Source: an uncultured Chloroflexia bacterium (lineage in GTDB: Bacteria > Chloroflexota > Ktedonobacteria > Ktedonobacterales > JADMIN01). From it: 9,053 nt of DNA. This document shows, piece after piece, positions 7,973 to 9,053 of the stretch. The stretch lies in assembly GCA_963718915.1 (NCBI GenBank), contig CAVRAI010000005.1, positions 1 through 9,053 of the forward strand. Direction: 5' to 3'. The notes under the pieces are model-generated. The model was not told where the DNA came from, did not search any database, and was given only the letters and a program-made list of their open reading frames with translations. The position numbers were made by a program, and so were the translations under genes. Position 1 is the first letter of the stretch. Each line of letters starts with the position of its first letter.

Positions 7973-8575
7973 TCACCGCACTCTCTTGACGGGCGGCACG
8001 TGGTACTTGCCGTCGAGGACAGCAGCGCCAGGCAGATACGCGCGGAGCATCAGCTTGAAGTTGCCTGCCGGCGCGGGCAGCCAGTTGGACTCATGCCCTG
8101 CGGGAGCCGCGCGCTGAATGTGAATGTCGATGGAACCATCGGCGTTGGGCACGAGACCGGAGCGACTGCCGACGCTGTAGCGATCGATGGGGTTGTTCAC
8201 CATGAACCCCGCCACATCGGTCATGGTCAGCGACCAGAAGGCATCGTTCGGCGGGAGTTGTCCTACAGGAAAATGCAGGACGTATTCGTGCTGGCCGCGC
8301 AAAGTCTGCCCTGCGCTGTCCTTGGTCGTCGTCCAGTACGCAGCCTCTTGCACCACATTGACGGCGGGCAGGGTTCTGGCAAATGCGGCCCGCACCAGGA
8401 GGCCATTGCCGGGCTGGCCGGCTTTCATGGTGGTGCTCCACCCGTTGACGGTCGTCGTCATGGCTTTCACCACCGCGTTCATGATGACTTGTGCGGTGAG
8501 AAACGCCAGCACGGCGCCGACAATGATTGCTTGCGGGACGTGAGAGGCAGAGAGCGTTGTGAGGATATTGGTCAT
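7973..8575 (-). CDS. DUF1214 domain-containing membrane-anchored protein
   Basis: One N-terminal hydrophobic anchor (AIIVGAVLAFLTAQVIMNAVV) is followed by a DUF1214-like core: FWSLTMTD...NNPIDRYSVGSRSGLVPNADGSIDIHIQ...NWLPAPAGNFKLMLRAYLP...GKYHVPPV. The start is ATG 8575-8573 with GAGG (complement of 8583-8586) 7 nt upstream. Stop is TGA 7975-7973. Confidence 0.8.
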   Translation of the reverse strand: MTNILTTLSASHVPQAIIVGAVLAFLTAQVIMNAVVKAMTTTVNGWSTTMKAGQPGNGLLVRAAFARTLPAVNVVQEAAYWTTTKDSAGQTLRGQHEYVLHFPVGQLPPNDAFWSLTMTDVAGFMVNNPIDRYSVGSRSGLVPNADGSIDIHIQRAAPAGHESNWLPAPAGNFKLMLRAYLPGAAVLDGKYHVPPVKRVR

Positions 8576-8633
8576 ATCTTGGCCTCAGAATGAGTGGGGT
8601 TGGAACCACGCCCTGGTTGTATCGCCCACTCTG

Positions 8634-8662
8634 AGTCTAGCGTGTGTCGCTCCTCCTGTCAA
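8634..8662 (-). promoter_or_regulatory. Candidate sigma70-type promoter for the DUF1214-DUF1254 pair (TTGACA-17 nt-TAGACT)
   Basis: The minus strand reads TTGACA (8662-8657), a 17-nt spacer GGAGGAGCGACACACGC, then TAGACT (8639-8634). This lies about 60 nt upstream of the DUF1214 ATG. Confidence 0.4.
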
Positions 8663-8726
8663 AGACGGAACGGACTTTTGAGAGCCTGTACGTAGCCTGC
8701 CCTGAGTCCATCTCTATCGCGTACAG

Positions 8727-8735
8727 TGGTACACT
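8727..8735 (+). promoter_or_regulatory. Candidate extended -10 (TGgTACACT) for the FAD-oxidase gene
   Basis: TGGTACACT lies at 8727-8735 and no good -35 is visible. It has the same TGnTACAnT form as the candidate gap promoter. It would give a leader of about 45 nt to the ATG at 8788. Confidence 0.25.
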
Positions 8736-8787
8736 AAGGATGGAAAGCACTGCAGGCATGCCTCTGGAATGGAAAGGATCGCCACCG

Positions 8788-9053
8788 ATGGCAGATAGCA
8801 CGGATATCGTTGCTCAGCCCGCGATTCCCGAGATTTCGCCGCGCATGATCGATGAATTGCGCGCGATTCTGGGGGATGACGGCGTCATCATCGAGGAGGC
8901 CCAGCGCCGCACCTACGAGTCGGATGGGCTGGCGAGCTATCGCGCCACGCCGGGCGTCGTCGTCCTGCCCACCAGCACCGAACAGGTGCGCGATGTCGTG
9001 CGGCTCTGCGCGCGCGAGGGCATCCCGTTCGTGCCGCGCGGCTCCGGCACGGG
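8788..9053 (+). CDS. FAD-linked oxidase, GlcD / D-lactate dehydrogenase family (N-terminal fragment, continues past window)
   Basis: The frame is open to the window end and is absent from the ORF track because no stop is reached. The translation is MADSTDIVAQPAIPEISPRMIDELRAILGDDGVIIEEAQRRTYESDGLASYRATPGVVVLPTSTEQVRDVVRLCAREGIPFVPRGSGTG. This is the typical start of a PCMH-type FAD-binding domain (P..VV.P.s.e.V...v..c....iP.vpRGsGTG). AAAGGA lies 9 nt upstream of ATG 8788. In-frame ATGs at 8740 and 8758 have worse RBS spacing. Confidence 0.85.
   Translation, partial: MADSTDIVAQPAIPEISPRMIDELRAILGDDGVIIEEAQRRTYESDGLASYRATPGVVVLPTSTEQVRDVVRLCAREGIPFVPRGSGT

Noticed and set aside
7751-8593. 280-aa plus-strand ORF spanning the DUF1254/DUF1214 junction
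   Set aside because: It is antisense to two genes with clear domain signatures, crosses their intergenic gap, and has a low-complexity D/G/R/H-rich composition. It is a shadow ORF.

Overview
GC-rich bacterial chromosomal window. I will not assign a taxon from sequence alone. The core is a very compact minus-strand glycolytic operon, gap-pgk-tpiA, with a stand-alone MOSC-domain gene coupled to its 3' end; only 3 nt of intergenic sequence separate the four genes. Upstream on the same strand is a glycoside hydrolase family 4 gene broken by one frameshift. Next comes a plus-strand aminoglycoside/spectinomycin-phosphotransferase-like (APH) gene broken by three frameshifts. After that is a minus-strand pair of membrane-anchored genes of unknown function (DUF1214 followed by DUF1254). 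The right edge holds the 5' end of a GlcD-like FAD-linked oxidase. The left ~750 nt differs in composition (about 40-47% GC in sampled lines versus 60-77% further right). It carries a small two-TM protein with CxxC pairs at both termini and about 325 nt with no long ORF. I see no rRNA, tRNA, CRISPR array, transposase, integrase or recognisable defence or toxin system, and I cannot support a claim that a novel multi-gene system is present. The points worth a second look are the split, order-inverted DUF1214/DUF1254 pair, the MOSC gene coupled to glycolysis, the in-frame pgk-TAG-GTG-tpiA junction, the run of amber stops, four frameshifts confined to two accessory genes, and the low-GC left edge. 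Family assignments rest on motifs I recognise by eye, not on database searches.
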